From positions 4,092,001 through 4,156,000 of the forward strand of contig JAWMAR010000070.1 in NCBI GenBank assembly GCA_036785375.1: a stretch of 64,000 bases of DNA, written 5' to 3'. Source of the stretch: Leucoraja ocellata (Eukaryota). Of this stretch, positions 21,454 to 35,900 are shown in pieces. Every line of letters begins with the position of its first letter. The first letter of the stretch is position 1. The notes beneath the pieces were generated by a model, which saw only the letters and a list, made by a program, of their open reading frames with translations, had not been told where the DNA came from and did no database searches. The translations under genes and the position numbers were made by a program.

Positions 21454-24400
21454 AGACTCCTAGCTTGCACCATCTTAATTTTTGCCACCTCTTCCAAGGT
21501 TTCTTTCGTCAGCTTCGAACTACTGTTTTAACCTTTGCGTGGTTTCTGCTGCTTCAGTGTTTTATCCTCTGTTAAACTATATTATATGCATACAATTTCC
21601 TGGATTTTTTTTTCACAGATTAATGAATAATAATGCAACAGAATGCTTCTTAATAAATGGTTGTTGTCAATAAACGGTTTGTCTAATTTGTTTTGATTAG
21701 ACTGCTGGATATTCCTCTTGTTGCCATACATTAAAGGCGATTTGGGAAGGCATTCAATTAATCTTTCAGACTATGCTATCCCATCAGACCCAAATTATGC
21801 AACGGCATTGTTCTGACTATTAGCCTTATTTTTCTCTGCACAGACGCTGACTGACGCGCTAAGCACATCCAACATGTGCAGATTTCATTGCCGATATGCA
21901 ACTAATTTTTAGGTAGGAAGGAACTGCAGATGCTGGTTTAAACTGAAGATAGACATAAATTGCTGGGGTAACTCAGCGTGGCAGGCGGCAGCAGTAGATA
22001 GATCAGGTAGGGGTAGGCAGACTGGGGGGCGGTGTTCAGCGAAACGATTGCTGAGCCTGCGATTGTTCTCGCTTCTCGGCGATCGTTTTGCTGAACACCT
22101 CCGTTGAGTCCGCCCCTACCTGATATCCCGGTCGCTAAACACGGTAACTCCTCCCTCCCATTCCTACACTGACATTCCTGTCCTGGGCATGCTCCATTGT
22201 CAGAGTAAGTTGCCGCACAAATTGCAGGAACTGCACCTCATTTTTCGCTTGGGTTGGTTACATCCCAGCGGTGTGAGCGGTGACTTATCTAATTTCAAGT
22301 AATCCTTGCATTCCCTCTCAATCCAACCACCCCCCCCCCCCCCTTCCCAGTTATCCGATCAGTCTGACGGTCTCCGACTACGTTTTATCTCTAATTACTT
22401 TATTGTTACCTTCACCCAGCTAACAATGACCTATTCTACATGTCCTTTGATCTGCAAAGCCTTTGTCCCATTTTCACACCTTACTATTCCTTAACCCTCT
22501 CCCCTGACTTTAACCTGAAGAAGGGTCTCGACCCGAAACGTCACCCATTCCTTTCATCCAGATATGCTACCTGTCCCGCTGAGTTACTCCAGCATGTTGT
22601 ACATGGCTAAAGGGATCAGGGGGTATGGAGAGAAGGCAGGTACAGGATACTGAGTTGGATGATCAGCCATGATCATATTGAATGGCGGTGCAGGCTCGAA
22701 GGGCCGAATGGTCTACTCCTGCACCTATTTTCTATGTTTCTATGTTTCTAACAATTTTTTTGGATTAAGTAATTGAAAGAGACAGCATGGATACAGACCA
22801 TTTGGCCCACCGAGTCCACGTCAACCAGTAATCAACCCTTTCACACGAGTTCTATATCACACCACGTTCGCGTCTTTTGAGTACCGTAATATTGATAAAC
22901 ATTTTAATGCTGCAACGAGTTGTTCATTTTGCCACCGTGCAAAGGAGTTAAAGGACTACAAACAATGGCCAATGTGGTGCAACGGGAGAGATGCTGCCTT
23001 ACAACGCTTGCAGCGCCGAAGACCCGGGTTCGATCCCGACTGCGGGAGCTGTCTGTGCGGAGTTTGTACGTTCTCCCCAAAACACCGTGTTTTCTTCGAG
23101 ATCTCCAAGGACGTACATGTCGATTGGTTAATTGGCATGCTGTAAATGTAAATCATCCCCAGTGTGTGTGGGATCGTGTAATGTGCGGGGATTACTGGTC
23201 AGTGTGGACTCGGTGGGCCGAAGGGCCTGTTTCCTCGCTGTATCTCCAAACTAAACTAAACTAAACTAAACTAGAGGAAAGTCTATTCTTGTGCAGAACA
23301 CAATTGATGAGTTACAGCTTGCAAAGCGCGGGGTGTGAAACTGCAAATACATTGTGTTGCTTTCCTTAGTCTGACTCGTGACTGTAGCCCCGCCCATGAA
23401 AGAACTATGAAGGATGTTGTTTGCGAATACAAAATGGTGACCTGCAATAACACAGTAACCGCCATAAAGTTCGGAAAGATTCAAAGATTGCTAAAATGTC
23501 CCACTGACAAAGATAAATATTCTCCATACAGTAAGCGGGGAGATGCGGACATGAGACCAGAGGCGGCTTTGAACTCACAAACCCCCAGGTCAGGGATACC
23601 AGAGGGGTGCTGAATAGCCAGAGATACTTGCAGATTCTGTGGTCACATTGATGCTGCCTGGCCCGTTCAAATTGAGCTTGTTAATGGTCTAATGGGAGGG
23701 ATGATCTTGAGTTGGATCATTTCCCCACTGCAGGACATCCCAAAGTGCCTCTCAGATAATGAGAGATAAATGGTCTGAGATGCCACAGATATACACAAAA
23801 TACTGGAGCAACTCCGCGGGAAGGGCGGCGTCACTCGAGGGAAAGAACGGGTGACATTTCGGATCGATACCACTGTTGTGTTTAGCGGTGGGTGCTGACT
23901 TGCAATGTACTTGAATCTAATATGATCAAACAGTCACTTCTCCATTTATACTGAATTGTTCTGCAGTGCTGACACTTTGCACGCGCTGCTGAAACAAGAG
24001 TGTGTTGATTCGTATCTCTGAACCGCATCTTGCGAGCAGCTCGGTGTAACACTGATTGCTGAGCAGTGTTTGCAGAAGTCATGGGTCAATGGCGAATGAA
24101 GACAGGATTAAATTGTTTTGCTGCATCGTCGGTTCCTCTCTGCAGTGTTTTTAATTGGGCAAGTAAACAGGAAATAGCTCCGAACAAAATATACTTTACT
24201 GAGGGTCGCCAACGCTCAGCTAACATCAGTGGCGGACACATCAGTGTGTTACACCGATACCACGTGATACACAATAATGCCATTGACGGACACAACCCGA
24301 ATAAACTGTACTGTTCCCCTGAAAGTAACACATCCAGAACGATAGCCCGCAGCAGATATTACGTCATATTATAATACAACTAGTTGCCTACAGAATGAAA

Positions 24401-25332
24401 TCGTTGCAAGCAGATGTCCAGAATCAACCAATGGAATGTACAGGACCACAACTCTGATAATTTATTAGCACTTGTGAAGAAGACAAGTTAACAATTCAAT
24501 TCACCGTGCATATTCTACCTTGCTTTAACTTCACTAAGTGTATCACTTCAGCAATATTCCAAAACAAAAGTTCCATGTGTTTGGTCTGACGGTCCACTTA
24601 CAAAATCATCAAATGGGAATGATCCGGAAGTGTACACATCTTAGACGTTTTTACTCTTCTTTTTTTGTTTTGTTTTTTGTTTATTTTATTAGAAGTTAAT
24701 ACAGTAGAAAACAGTACAGTGGAACCTAATTTTTACTCTTCTAAATGTCATATTTTATACAACGTATCATTGTTTACACGAAGGTTCCCGACCCGAAACG
24801 TCATCTATCCATTTTCTCCAGAGGTGCTGACGGGCCCGCTGACTTCTCCAGAGTTGCCCCTGCATTTTTTTTTGTCTGTCAATATTTCCACCACAGTTCA
24901 GTGTTAACAGACTCTGAGTACAGAGATAACCGCCGCTCCATCCTTACTGATACATCACACTTGACGAAGTGGCTGAAGCAGCTGCAATAATAACATCGAA
25001 CGGGCATTTGGCCAGGTCCATGGATAGGGAAGGTTTGGGGAGATATGGGTCGAGCGTGGGCAAATTTGACTAACTTAGATGAGCATATTGGTCTAACGAG
25101 TTGGGGAGAAGGGCCTGTTTCCGTGACGTATGACTCTGTGATCATCTGACCCAACCATTTGCTAAATATAACCCTGAGCCTTTCACACTGTAAAGTGTCG
25201 AGCTGCTGCTGGCTCGCTGTGGTTCACGATCTGACGTCCTGTTCCCTTCTAAGTCATTGCTATTTGAGAGACGCGGTTGTCTCTGAAAGCTCAGGGCTGA
25301 GCGACAGACAGACAAGTGCTGGCCTTGTCACT

Positions 25333-26908
25333 ATGGATAAAACAATGTGGATTCCCATTCTTCTCATCGCCTCGCTGCCGGGTGAGTGAAAGTCAGATCC
25401 TGATATTCCAATGATCAATGTTAGTTGGGGTCCCGTGCACCCTTTCTACAGCACAGATGGTTAAGTGTGTGTAGACAAGTAATGGGCGAGATTGAACTCA
25501 GTGCATTGTGGTGATGGATCTGAAATCACGTTTGAATATCTAGAAAATGTTCGTAGTTTAACCACCGCTAACACTTGGTCTAATTGCATCCTGATGATAG
25601 GCATATATAGGCATTAAATAGCGAATGTATTTGGAGCAGATACTCCAAGACACCTGGACCGAAGGACAGAGGTTCCAGCATCACCAGGAAGTTAATTCTA
25701 CACTAACAAAATGTGTTTACAACAGAGGTGGAAGTCAGGATTGTGGTCTCATTGTGTCAGTTCAAATATTCCCTGCATTTGTCCATCTCAACTCTGTCGC
25801 AAACCCAAAAATTCCCCGGAGTCTGAGACTGAACCACTGTCCTCGCTCTATCCACCCACTCCCAACTCTCTCTCCATCCGCTCTCGGATCCGCGGCCCAG
25901 TCGTGCTGAAATCCAAGTTCAGTTTATTGTCACGTGTACCGAGGTACAGCGAAAAGCTTTATGTTGCATGCTAACCTGCCAGATACATGATTACAATCGA
26001 TCATCTTACATACATGAATGGGAAATAAAGTTTAGTGTAAGGTAAGGCCAGCAAAGTCCGATCAAGGGTAGTCCGAGGGTCACCAAAGAGGTAGATAGTT
26101 CAGCACTGCTCTCTGGTTATGGGAAGATGATTCGGATGTCTGATAACAGCTGGGAAGAAACATTCCCCGAATCTGGCGGTGTGCGTTGTCACGCTACTAA
26201 CGCTCTCCGTTAATGGACCCGCTCTCCGTTAATGGACCCGTAACTCGTCCGGCCTCTGTCCTCAGTCAGGGTGTTGGAAAGCATTGGCGGCGGTGAATGT
26301 GTAAACACGGGTCGGCTTTCCGCGTCCGGGTGGGACTCGACAAGGACCAGGCGCTGTCCACGGGCACCTGGGGGATTTCCGGGACATCTGGGCACCGCCT
26401 GCGGTTGAATACATCCTTGACAAGCATTGTAACATAGTTGTATAGTAGTGTATTTAGTATATTTGTTTGTCTTGTATTATGGTGCTGGGTTCTTGTTTTA
26501 TTGTAGTGTAAATATTATTTTTAATAATTGAATAAATTATTTGATAATTTAAAAAAAACACGGGTCCTGCCCAGTGTCGGTTGAGAGATGAATGTTGGCA
26601 GCGTAGCCGGCGGCACCGCCAATGAAATAGCAAAGTGGGGTCTTTCTGTGGGGTGCGAGGCCGGGCACCGCCTGGGATTGTTGAAAGGCAGCTCCTGCAA
26701 CACTGCCGCGCTCCCTCAGTACCGCACTGCGATCCCAGCCCAGTTTCTGCTCAGGGATCTGGAGTGGGAAGTGAACCCAAATTGTACTGAACCGGGGACA
26801 GAACACTGACACAACTGATACAATAACAGCACTGCCTGCACTTCAGACCGGAGACATTGGCCGTGAAGCAATATGACACATCATGGAACGATTTAAGTTT
26901 TCTTTCAT

Positions 26909-26980
<72 letters not shown>

Positions 26981-29900
26981 CATTTTATTTGCTGGCGCCT
27001 CTCTGGACACCCAAGGACACCTTACAGGACATAAAATCACAATACAATTATCAATATTAAAATTAAGTTGCCAAAAAACAAAAAACAAAAAAATACACAA
27101 AATATTTAAATCATTAAAATCAGGGTGAACATGGTGGAAGTTATGTCGGGTATGCTAATCTAAACAGGTGTGTTTTGAGTTGTGATTTGAATTGATCGAT
27201 AGTGTCCAGGTGACGGAAGGGAGGTGGGAGAGTGTTCCAGAGACGTGGGGCAGAGCAGCCAAAGGCTCTGGCAACCATTCTGCTGAGTCTAAATGTGGGG
27301 ACCGTTAAAATTGCAGCTGAGGAGGAACGAAGTGACCGGGAAGGAGTGTATGGTGGCAGCAGGTCAGAGAGGTATTGGGGAGCAAGGTGCGGTAGGGCTT
27401 TGAAGGTCAGCAGTAAATTCTTATAGTTAATCCGGTGGTGCACAGGGAGCCAGTGGAGCTGAGTGAGGATAGGTGTGATGTGGTCCGATGATCTGGTGCG
27501 GGTGATGATCCGGGCTGCAGAGTTCTGAATGCATTGAAGGCGATGAAGTCGTTTATATGAAGAAGTAATCTTCAAAATGTATCTATTTCCATTAAACAGT
27601 TCATTTTCTCTCCATCTGAAAGTTTCTCCCCTCAGTTTCAGGTGCAGTGTGGGCAAAGTGGGATGTAAGAGGAGTTGTGGGAAGAGCGATCACAATCGAT
27701 TGTTACTATGCAGCAGAGTACAGCTCACACACAAAATACTGGTGCCGTGGGAGGAGTCTCCAATGTACAGTGTTGGTGGAAACAAATGAGCAACACGGAC
27801 GGAGTGGAAGAGTGTCAATCACAGATAACCCGGCACAAGGAATATTTACTGTGACTGTGGACGATCTTCAGGATAGAGATACGGGATGGTACAGATGTGG
27901 AATTACAACATCTGCCGACCATCCAATATTTAACGTTCATCTCGAAGTATCTGACGGTACGTTTCGGAGCGAATGATTGACGTCTCCAGCAGAAAGACAA
28001 TACAGGATTACAATCGATACTTCTACAGTGCATAGATACATGAAAATTAAATAACGTTTAGTGTAAGGTAAAGGCAGCAAAGTCCGATCAAGGGTGGTCC
28101 GAGGGTCGTCAAAGAGGTAGATGAGAGTCCACTGCTCTCTGGGTGTGGTAGGATGATTCAGATGCCTGATAACTGCTGTGAAAAAATTGTCACCGCCAAT
28201 GAAATAGCAAAGTGGGGTCTTTCGTGGGGTGAGAGGCCGGGCACCGCCTGGGATTGTTGAAAGGCAGCTCCTGCAACACTGCCGCGCTCCCTCAGCACTG
28301 CACTGCGATCCCAGCCCAGTTTCTGCTCAGGGATCTGGAGTGGGAAGTGAACCCTAATTGTACTGACCCGGGGACAGAACACTGACACAACTGGTACAAT
28401 AACAGCACTGCCTGCACTTCAGACCGGAGACATTGGCCGTGAAGCAATATGACACATCATGGAACTATTTAAGTTTTCTTTCATGTAATCTTCAAAATGT
28501 ATCTATTTCCACTAAACTGTTCATTTGCTCTCCATCTGAAAGTTTCTCCCCTTCAGTTTCAGGTGCAGTGTGGGGAGAGATGTATGTAAGAGGAGTTGTG
28601 GGAAGTGCGATTGCAATCGATTGTCACTATGCAGCAGAGTACCGCTTACACACAAAATACTGGTGCCGTGTGCAGAATCGCCAATGTACAGATATGGTGG
28701 AAACAAATGGGCAACGCGGAAGGAGTGGAAGAGTGTCAATCACCGATAGCCCGGAACGAGGAATATTTACTGTGACTGTGGAGGATCTTCTCTCTGGCGA
28801 TACAGGGTGGTACAGATGTGGAATTACAACATCTAACGGCCTCCCAATGTTTACCGTAGAACTCCTTGTATCTGACGGTACGTTTCGCAGCGATTGACTT
28901 GTCGTCTCCACTGACTCGCCACTTCCCGCCATTCTGAAAAGGACCCGTTCACTCCTACTCTTTGCTTCCTGTCTGCCAACCAATTTCCTATCCACGTCAA
29001 CACCCTTCCATGCGCTCTCAATTTAGTCACCAGTCTCCCGCGCGGAACCTTATCAAAGGATTTCTTGAAGTCTAGATACACTACATTCACTGGCTCACCT
29101 TCGTCCATTTTATTTGCCACATCCTCAAAAAATTCCCGAAGATTAGTCAGGCATGATTTTCCTTTCATAAATCCATGCTGACTTGGACTAATTATTTTAC
29201 TGCTATTCAAATACCCCATTATTACCTCTTTAATAATTGACTCCGGCACCTTTCCCGCACCGAAGTCAGGCTAACTGGTCTGTAATTTCCCGTTTTCTCT
29301 CTTGCTCCTTTCTTGAAAAGTGGCATTTAACTTCACTTTTCACTTCAAGTGGAATACTCAGCGCATTGCCCTTCCTCTGAACTGTATGAAATGTCACCCG
29401 TCAGAAATTTGCATTCAGACTCAAACTAATAATCCCAGTGAGGAACAAGTGTTGTTTGATCTGTGGTCCATCTGAAAGTTTCTCCCCTCAGTTTCAGATG
29501 CAGTGTGGGCAGAGAGGGAAGTAAGAGGGGTTGTGGGAAGAGCGATCACAATCGATTGTCACTATGCAGCAGAGTACCGCTCACGCACAAAATACTGGTG
29601 CCGTGGGAGGAATCGCCCATGTACAGATTCAGTGGAAACAAATGGCCAAAACGGACGGAGTGGAAGAGTGTCAATCACAGATATACCGGCACTAAGAATA
29701 TTTGCTGTGACTGTGGAGGATCTTCACTCTGGAGATACAGGATGGTACAGATGTGGAATTACTACACCTGGCGACCGTCCAATATTTAACGTACATCTCC
29801 AAGTATCTGACGGTACGTTTCGCAGCGATTGACTTGACGTCTCCACTGAAATGCCTGATCCATGTTCTCTCCGGGAAGGGTCAGGGCAGCACCGATATCC

Positions 29901-32900
29901 CGAGGCTCCGCAGCAGTGCAGAGACCTGCGGGGAACGGGCGGGGGTCGGGAAACCCCACTCATGTTGCTCTCACCCAGTGCGGGCTCTGTTCCACTGAGC
30001 GGCCACCCACTTCAAGTGGGATGCTCAACACATTTCCCTGCCTCTGAACTGTATGAAATGTCACCCTGTCAGAGGTTTGCATTCCGACTCAAACTAATAA
30101 CCCGACAGACTCCGCAACTCACTGGTCAACTCGTCCTTTCCCACCCCGTCCCCAGATACCTTCCCCTACAACTGCAGGAGATGCAACACCAGTCCCTATA
30201 TATCCCGCTTCTACTCCGTCCAAGGTTCCAACAGTATTTCCGGGTGAGTCAGAGGTTCATTTGCATCTCTTCTAACCTCCTCTACTATTTCCGCTGTTCC
30301 AGGTGTGAACAAGCGGATACAGTAGATGGGAGACCCAACGCAGGCTCGGCGATCGTTGCGCTGAACAATTCCGCACAGTGTTCCTCGGCCTACGCTACAT
30401 CCCGATTGCAAAACACCTTTATTCACCCTCCCATTCCCAAACTGATCTTTCTGTCCCGGACCTCCTCCCCTGCAGAGTGAGGCCAAAAGCAAATTGGAGG
30501 AACAGTACCTCATATTTCGCTTGGGCAGCTTACAACCCAGCGGTTTGAATATTGACTTCTCTAACTTCAAGTAACCCTTGCTTTACTCCTGTCTCCATCC
30601 CGCCCCATCCGAAGCCTCCAATTATTTTCACTGCCCTCCAGATTATATTTTACTGATTCTATGCCTTCCCTTCAGCTGACAATGATCCATTCTACATTTT
30701 TTAAAAACATTTTCACCTTTGATCACTTGTTTTCACACCGTACCCTTCCATTTCTCTTCTGTCTCCCTTTCTCATGATTCTCAGGCTGAAGAAGTGTCAT
30801 GATTCGAAACGTCACCCATTCCTTCTCTCGAAAGATGCTGCCTAATCCGCCGAGTTACTCCTGCATTTTGTGTCCATCTTAAAGGGACGTAACATCCCAA
30901 CATATGTTCTGAGGGACAACATATTCCACACATTGGGTGATATGTATATGGAACCTGCTGCCAGGGGAAGGTGTTAAGGCAGTTAGAATAGCAGCATTTA
31001 AAATATTTTTTTGATATTTGCGTAGATTGGGATCATTGCGAGTGATAAGGGAGAAACGTGGACATATGGAAATGGCCTAGAAAGACATGTTGGTCGGCAT
31101 GAATGAGCTGTTGTGATGGGCATCTTTCGGTTCTCTATAACTCTAACCTTCTTCAGTTTCTGGGCTTCGCACACTCACAGAGATGTAGATGAGCCGGTGA
31201 GATATCAACCGGACGGTTCGGGCTGAGATAAAGGGCTGCTGAGATTTAGCACGTGTTTGGTTTTTAACTGTTCGTACAGGTGACTGAATGTTTGCTCCAT
31301 TCCCACAGAACCCATGTCTGTTCCTGTGCTCAGATATCTGTCACCAGCAAATGCCTCACATCTCGGAGGCTCAGTGTCAGTGTCGTGTGAGTCTGTCCGT
31401 GGATCCCTTCCCATCCATTACACATGGTTTGAAAAGAACGAGCATTGGGTTTCAACGACCGTGTCTGGCAATCAACTGGATCTGAGTTGTGAAATCCTCG
31501 AAGGTCAACACCGTCAATATTACTGCACAGCCTCAAATAATCGTGGGACAAAATCCAGTGAAATACTCAACGTGAAAGTCTTCAAAGGAGCAGGAACGTG
31601 CAGTTATGTGACAGAAATCAACAATGCAGGTGTGTGTTCTTCTCGTGTCCCTGAACCTGCTGCTATTCGCCTTGTGATGATGTTCATGGATTTCTTGTTA
31701 TTTGCAGACGGCATCATTGCAGCCACCGGGAGCTCATGGTGTAAAATGCGAGAGTTTGTTTGGGGGACTGGTAAATGATTGCCTGTTGCTTTCACCTGGG
31801 CGGTGGTGAGAAATTTCAGCAAATGAGAGAAATACCTGCGGGTTCAGTGCATTCCATCAAAATTATTTTCTGGCTGCCGCACTTTGAGACAGAGAAAGAA
31901 ACCAAATTCATTCTGTTTGGATCCATCATCAGTTATAACCAAGGATGTACAATTTCATGATCATGTTCATGATTTTAACTCTGTTAATTTGTGTAAAACT
32001 CCAGTAATCTCACAAAATTAAATTGGAATCTACTTGGCCGTCACTCCATCAAGTATAACCCTTACTTTTGTCAAAGATAATTTTGAAAAGAACGTCCCTG
32101 TAGGTGTGGAGACGCTCATATTGGAAGTCCAGAAGAGAGTGTGAATGGTTTACATCAGCGAGACCAATTTTATACAAGGCCAGTTCTTCTTAAACTATTA
32201 CAGTGTCATTCGCCCTTGAGTCTTTATTACAAGATTTAATTCACCCTCCACTAAATGTTCTTATGTTCTTTTGGGTATTATCATCGCATTTTCCCTTGTG
32301 CATAATTTTATAGATAATTGATTTTGTCACATGAGCAAAAAAACATAAATTAACTAATTTACGCCAAAATCATTTTATTCGCCTTTGGGTGAACCATTCA
32401 TCAGTTTAAGAAGCACTGGCCTATGCTACAATTTCGCCGAACACTTGTGTTTGGTTTGTCATGACCCAGAATCGCGCATGATAGACACCCCATCCTCAAC
32501 CTCGCCCGCTGATGCAGAGCAGCAGCAGTTTGCACCATCTGCACGATGCACTGCAGCAACTGACCAAGACTCCCTAGACAGCGCCTTCCAATTGCAACAG
32601 GCTCCATCTTCAATACATCATTCTTCACCATTCACACCCACATTGGCTGGGAAGCGCTTTGGAACGACCTGTGCAGATGGTGAGGTACGGTGTATAGTAT
32701 CTGTCTCTCATCGAAATCTAGGTGGAATTCAACAGAGTTAAGAAAGTGAGTGGGCAGTCTCTCCTGTACATTATACTCTAATGTATATGTTTGTGAAAGG
32801 CTAATTTTGCTCTTCAATTTATGAAATATGTTTCCTTCAGTTTCAGGTGCACTGTGGGCAGAGAGCGAAGTGCGAGGGGTTGTGGGACGAGCGATCACAA

Positions 32901-35900
32901 TCGATTGTCACTATGCAGCAGTGTACCGCTCACACACAAAATACTGGTGCCGTGGGACAAGTCGCCAGTGTACACATGTAGTGGAAACAAATGGGAAACA
33001 TGGACAGAACGGAACAGTGTCAATCACAGATAACACGGCACAAGGAATATTTACTGTGACCGTGGAGGATCTTCACTCTGGAGATACAGGATGGTACAGA
33101 TGTGGAATTACTACACCTGGCGAACCAACATTTAAAGTATATCTCCAAGTATCTGAAGGTAGGTTTCTCAGTGAGTGACTTGATGTCTCCACTTTGGCAA
33201 CGGGAAAACATTTGTTAGGTGGGAGTCTGGTGCACAGGTCTGGTCCCCGCTTTATAAAACAAAAGATGTGAACGGTTTGTAGAGTTTACAGAAAAATGTT
33301 CACCCGGATATTTAGTAATAGTTTATAAATGTAACATGGAAACGGATCCTTCGGCCCACCGAGTCCTCACCAACTAGCGATCACTGGTCACACTAGTTCT
33401 ATGTTATTCCACTTTCCCATTCGCTCCCTACACACTATTCTACAATACCACCATTCACACACCTCATTAGTGCAACAGTATCACTATCAACAATTTTATG
33501 CAAGGAAATTAAAAAGTTGTTGATACTGTTGCACTAATGAAGTGTTTGAATGTTCAGATTAAATGCAGAGTTTCAGATTAAAAGACGATTAACTGCAGGT
33601 GCTGGAATTGTAAAACAAAGAGAGATGGTGCTGCTGTGTACTGGTCCAGTGGCAGACATGGTAGTTCTGGCGGCTGAGAGGATGGAGAGACACAGAGATG
33701 TATAAATCTGGTAAATGGATTGTGAGGAGAAGGAGCAGAGAAGACTTACAAGAATGTTGCGATGACTTGAGGGCCTGGTATACAGCGTGGGGTTGCGCAG
33801 ATTAGGGCTTTATTCCTTGGAGCGCAGGAGGATGAGGGGTGATTTTATTGCAGGTAAAAAAATCCTGCGAGTTTAAAATAAAATTGGACCCCAACACTGA
33901 ATTGATTATTTTTGGAACAATGGAAGCCGGCTCTAAGCTGATTTCGTTCCAAAATTCTCTCCTTAACCATGGCTTGATAACAGCAAAAAAACGTATACTC
34001 AAATTCTGGAACAACGAACCCACCCCCACGCTTAAAATGTGGATTTCAAGCATGTCTGAAATGTTACACCCCAAGATATGAGATTCGTCCTAGCATGTAA
34101 ACCAGACCAATTCCTGAAGATTTGGTCTCCTTTTATCGACTTATTCCAGGTATATGGTGCAACATAACCCTGGAAATTAACAGTTTCAGAACTGGGTGAG
34201 GGGTGTGGAAAGACATGAAGCAGGTATATCCCTTCTCCCTTTTATTCTTTTTCTGTTTTGTTTTCTTATTATTTTATTTTATTCTCTATTTTTTATTTCT
34301 ATTTACTAATTAATGTATTTATTTTTCGGTGGGGGGGGGGGGTTCACGTTTTTTTTTGCGGCTTTATATCTTTACGGGTTCTTTCTATCTATTCTTTCAC
34401 GAACTATCAATATCACTACTTTACTTAACTTTCTCTCTCCTTCTCCTTTTTGCTTCTGTTACTTTTCTATTAATAAATTTAAAACAAGAAGTTGTACACT
34501 AAATGTGATATGTAAAACACGGTTTATACTACTGTACATTGATTCTAATAAAAATATTTATTAAATTTTTTTTAAAAATCACAAAAATCACGCGAGGAAT
34601 AGATCGAGTAAATACACAGTCTTTCGCCCAGAGTAGGGGAATCGGGAACCAGAGGACAGAGTTTTCATATCAGGGGGGAATGATTTAACAGGAACCTGGC
34701 GAGTAACGTGTTTACACAAAGGTTGGTAGGTCCATGGAACGAACTGCCGACGGAAGTAGTTATGGCTGGTACTATCTTAACATTTCAGAATATATTGGAC
34801 AGTTACATGAATAGGATATGTTTAGAGGGTTAAGGGCCAAGAAAGGACAGGTGGAACTAGTGTACATTGGGCGTGTTGATCAGCGCGGGCAAGTTAGGCC
34901 GAATGGCCTGTTTCTACTGTATGACTCTACGAATCTATGTAGATGGGATGTGTCCGACAGTTATATAAACAATGCTCCCTTTTTCCTGCTGGCAATTCCT
35001 GTAATGGAAAAGAGAATCGAAGATTGTCTGATGATATGTCTGCTCTGTGGTCAGTATTCATCACCATGTTATAGGAAAGATGCTATCAAGTAAGATTGGG
35101 TGCAGAGAAGATTTACAAGGATGCTGCCATGACTTGAGTGCCTGAACTCCAGGGAGGGATTGAGCAGACTAGGACTTTATTTCTGGGAGAGCAGGAAGAT
35201 GAGGGATGATCTTATGGCAGCTACAAAATCATGCGACGAATAGATCGAGTAAATGCACGGTCTCTTCCGTTTGGAAGCTTATGGGCTAAGCAAGGGCAGG
35301 TGGAACTAGTGTGGATGGACATGTTGGCCTGCTTCTACACTGTATGCCTCTATGACTCCGTGCAGATGGATGGGTCAGCTTCCAACCTGGCGGCTCTGGG
35401 GAAGATCCAGAGATGGTGGATATTGGCGAGTGTTTGATTTTCAGATGTTCACTCAGTATCTGACTGTTTGCTCCTTTCCCACAGAACCCGTGTCTGTTCC
35501 TGTGCTCGGGTGTCTGTCACCAGCCAATGTCTATTGTCTCGGGGGCTCAGTGACAGTGTCCTGTGTGTCGGTCCGGGGATCCCTTCCCATTAGCTATACC
35601 TGGTATGAAAAGACCCCATCTGGGGATTCAAAGATCTCAGACAACAATATCCTGGATCTACATTGCCAATCCTTCAAACACCAGCACCATCAATATTATT
35701 GCACAGCCTCAAATCAACATGGATCAAAATCCAGTGCAATGGTCAACGTGTCCATCTCCAGCAGTGACGTGCCCTGTAGTTTCCTGGTGAAAATCAACGG
35801 CACTGGTAAGTAGTATAGGGAATCAGGAGAAGAAGGGGAAGTGCGGTGGGGTGGTTCATAGGATCACAAGTGATAGAAGCAGAAATAGACCATTCAATCA

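Noticed and set aside
26843-27100. Poly-Asn and poly-Tyr ORFs, and poly-Pro ORFs near 4235 and 43742
   Set aside because: These are translations of (AAT)n and poly-C tracts.
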